A stretch of 64,000 nucleotides of DNA from NCBI GenBank assembly GCA_964036045.1, contig OZ038379.1:18104001-18168000 (forward strand). Direction: 5' to 3'. Positions 63,798 to 64,000 of the stretch are shown piece after piece. Below the pieces are notes generated by a model. The model made no database searches, was not told where the DNA came from, and worked only from the letters and a program-made list of their open reading frames with translations. Both the position numbers and the translations under genes were made by a program. Source of the stretch: Eutreptiella sp. 'Long Island Sound 2002' (taxonomy: Eukaryota > Protista > Euglenida). Every line of letters begins with the position of its first letter. The stretch's first letter is position 1.

Positions 63798-63842
63798 CTG
63801 CATCCTCACATACAACCGTGTCTCACCAGAATCAGTTGGCAA
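63798..63842 (-). CDS. Candidate small upstream exon (LPTDSGETRLYVRMQ) of the giant coiled-coil gene
   Basis: gcgcacag|TTG acceptor and CAG|gtgtgc donor; 45 nt, phase 0-0, compatible with the next exon. Too short to confirm from sequence alone. Confidence 0.35.
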
Positions 63843-64000
63843 CTGTGCGCGCGACACTCACGACACGTGATGCTACCCACTTCAAAAGCGACTTGGCCAT
63901 ACCGACGCATCCCAATTCGAAAAAATGTGTGACTGCTCTGTGAATGACGGGTTGTGTGGGGTTTTCGCTTTGGATAACACGTTGCAGGACTGTTGCGTGT

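Overview
Eukaryotic, GC-rich genomic DNA. Almost the whole window is one minus-strand, GT-AG intron-containing gene that appears to extend past both ends of the window. I can chain 10 exons in consistent reading phase (63439-63534, 62393-62612, 58002-58381, 9582-56456, 7339-7413, 6078-6255, 4913-5179, 2656-2987, 1628-2056, 388-552). Together they give 49,017 nt = 16,339 codons without a stop. The product is an E/Q/A/L-rich, proline-poor, predicted alpha-helical coiled-coil protein with no catalytic domain I recognise. One exon is 46,875 nt (15,625 codons) and is built from two tandem arrays. The first is about 4.6 near-identical 1,569-nt units. The second is a 37.5-kb mosaic of 26 full units plus one truncated unit, assembled from interchangeable cassettes (short/long branch x alpha/beta/gamma branch) in a polarised order, with higher-order duplications and only in-frame indels. 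The introns hold long G-runs, two small dispersed repeat families, degenerate tRNA-like heads and microsatellites. The donor sites (mostly GTGTGT/GTGCGT-like) hint at a euglenid host, but that is inference. Nearly all other ORFs in the track are antisense or alternate-frame shadows of the giant exon.
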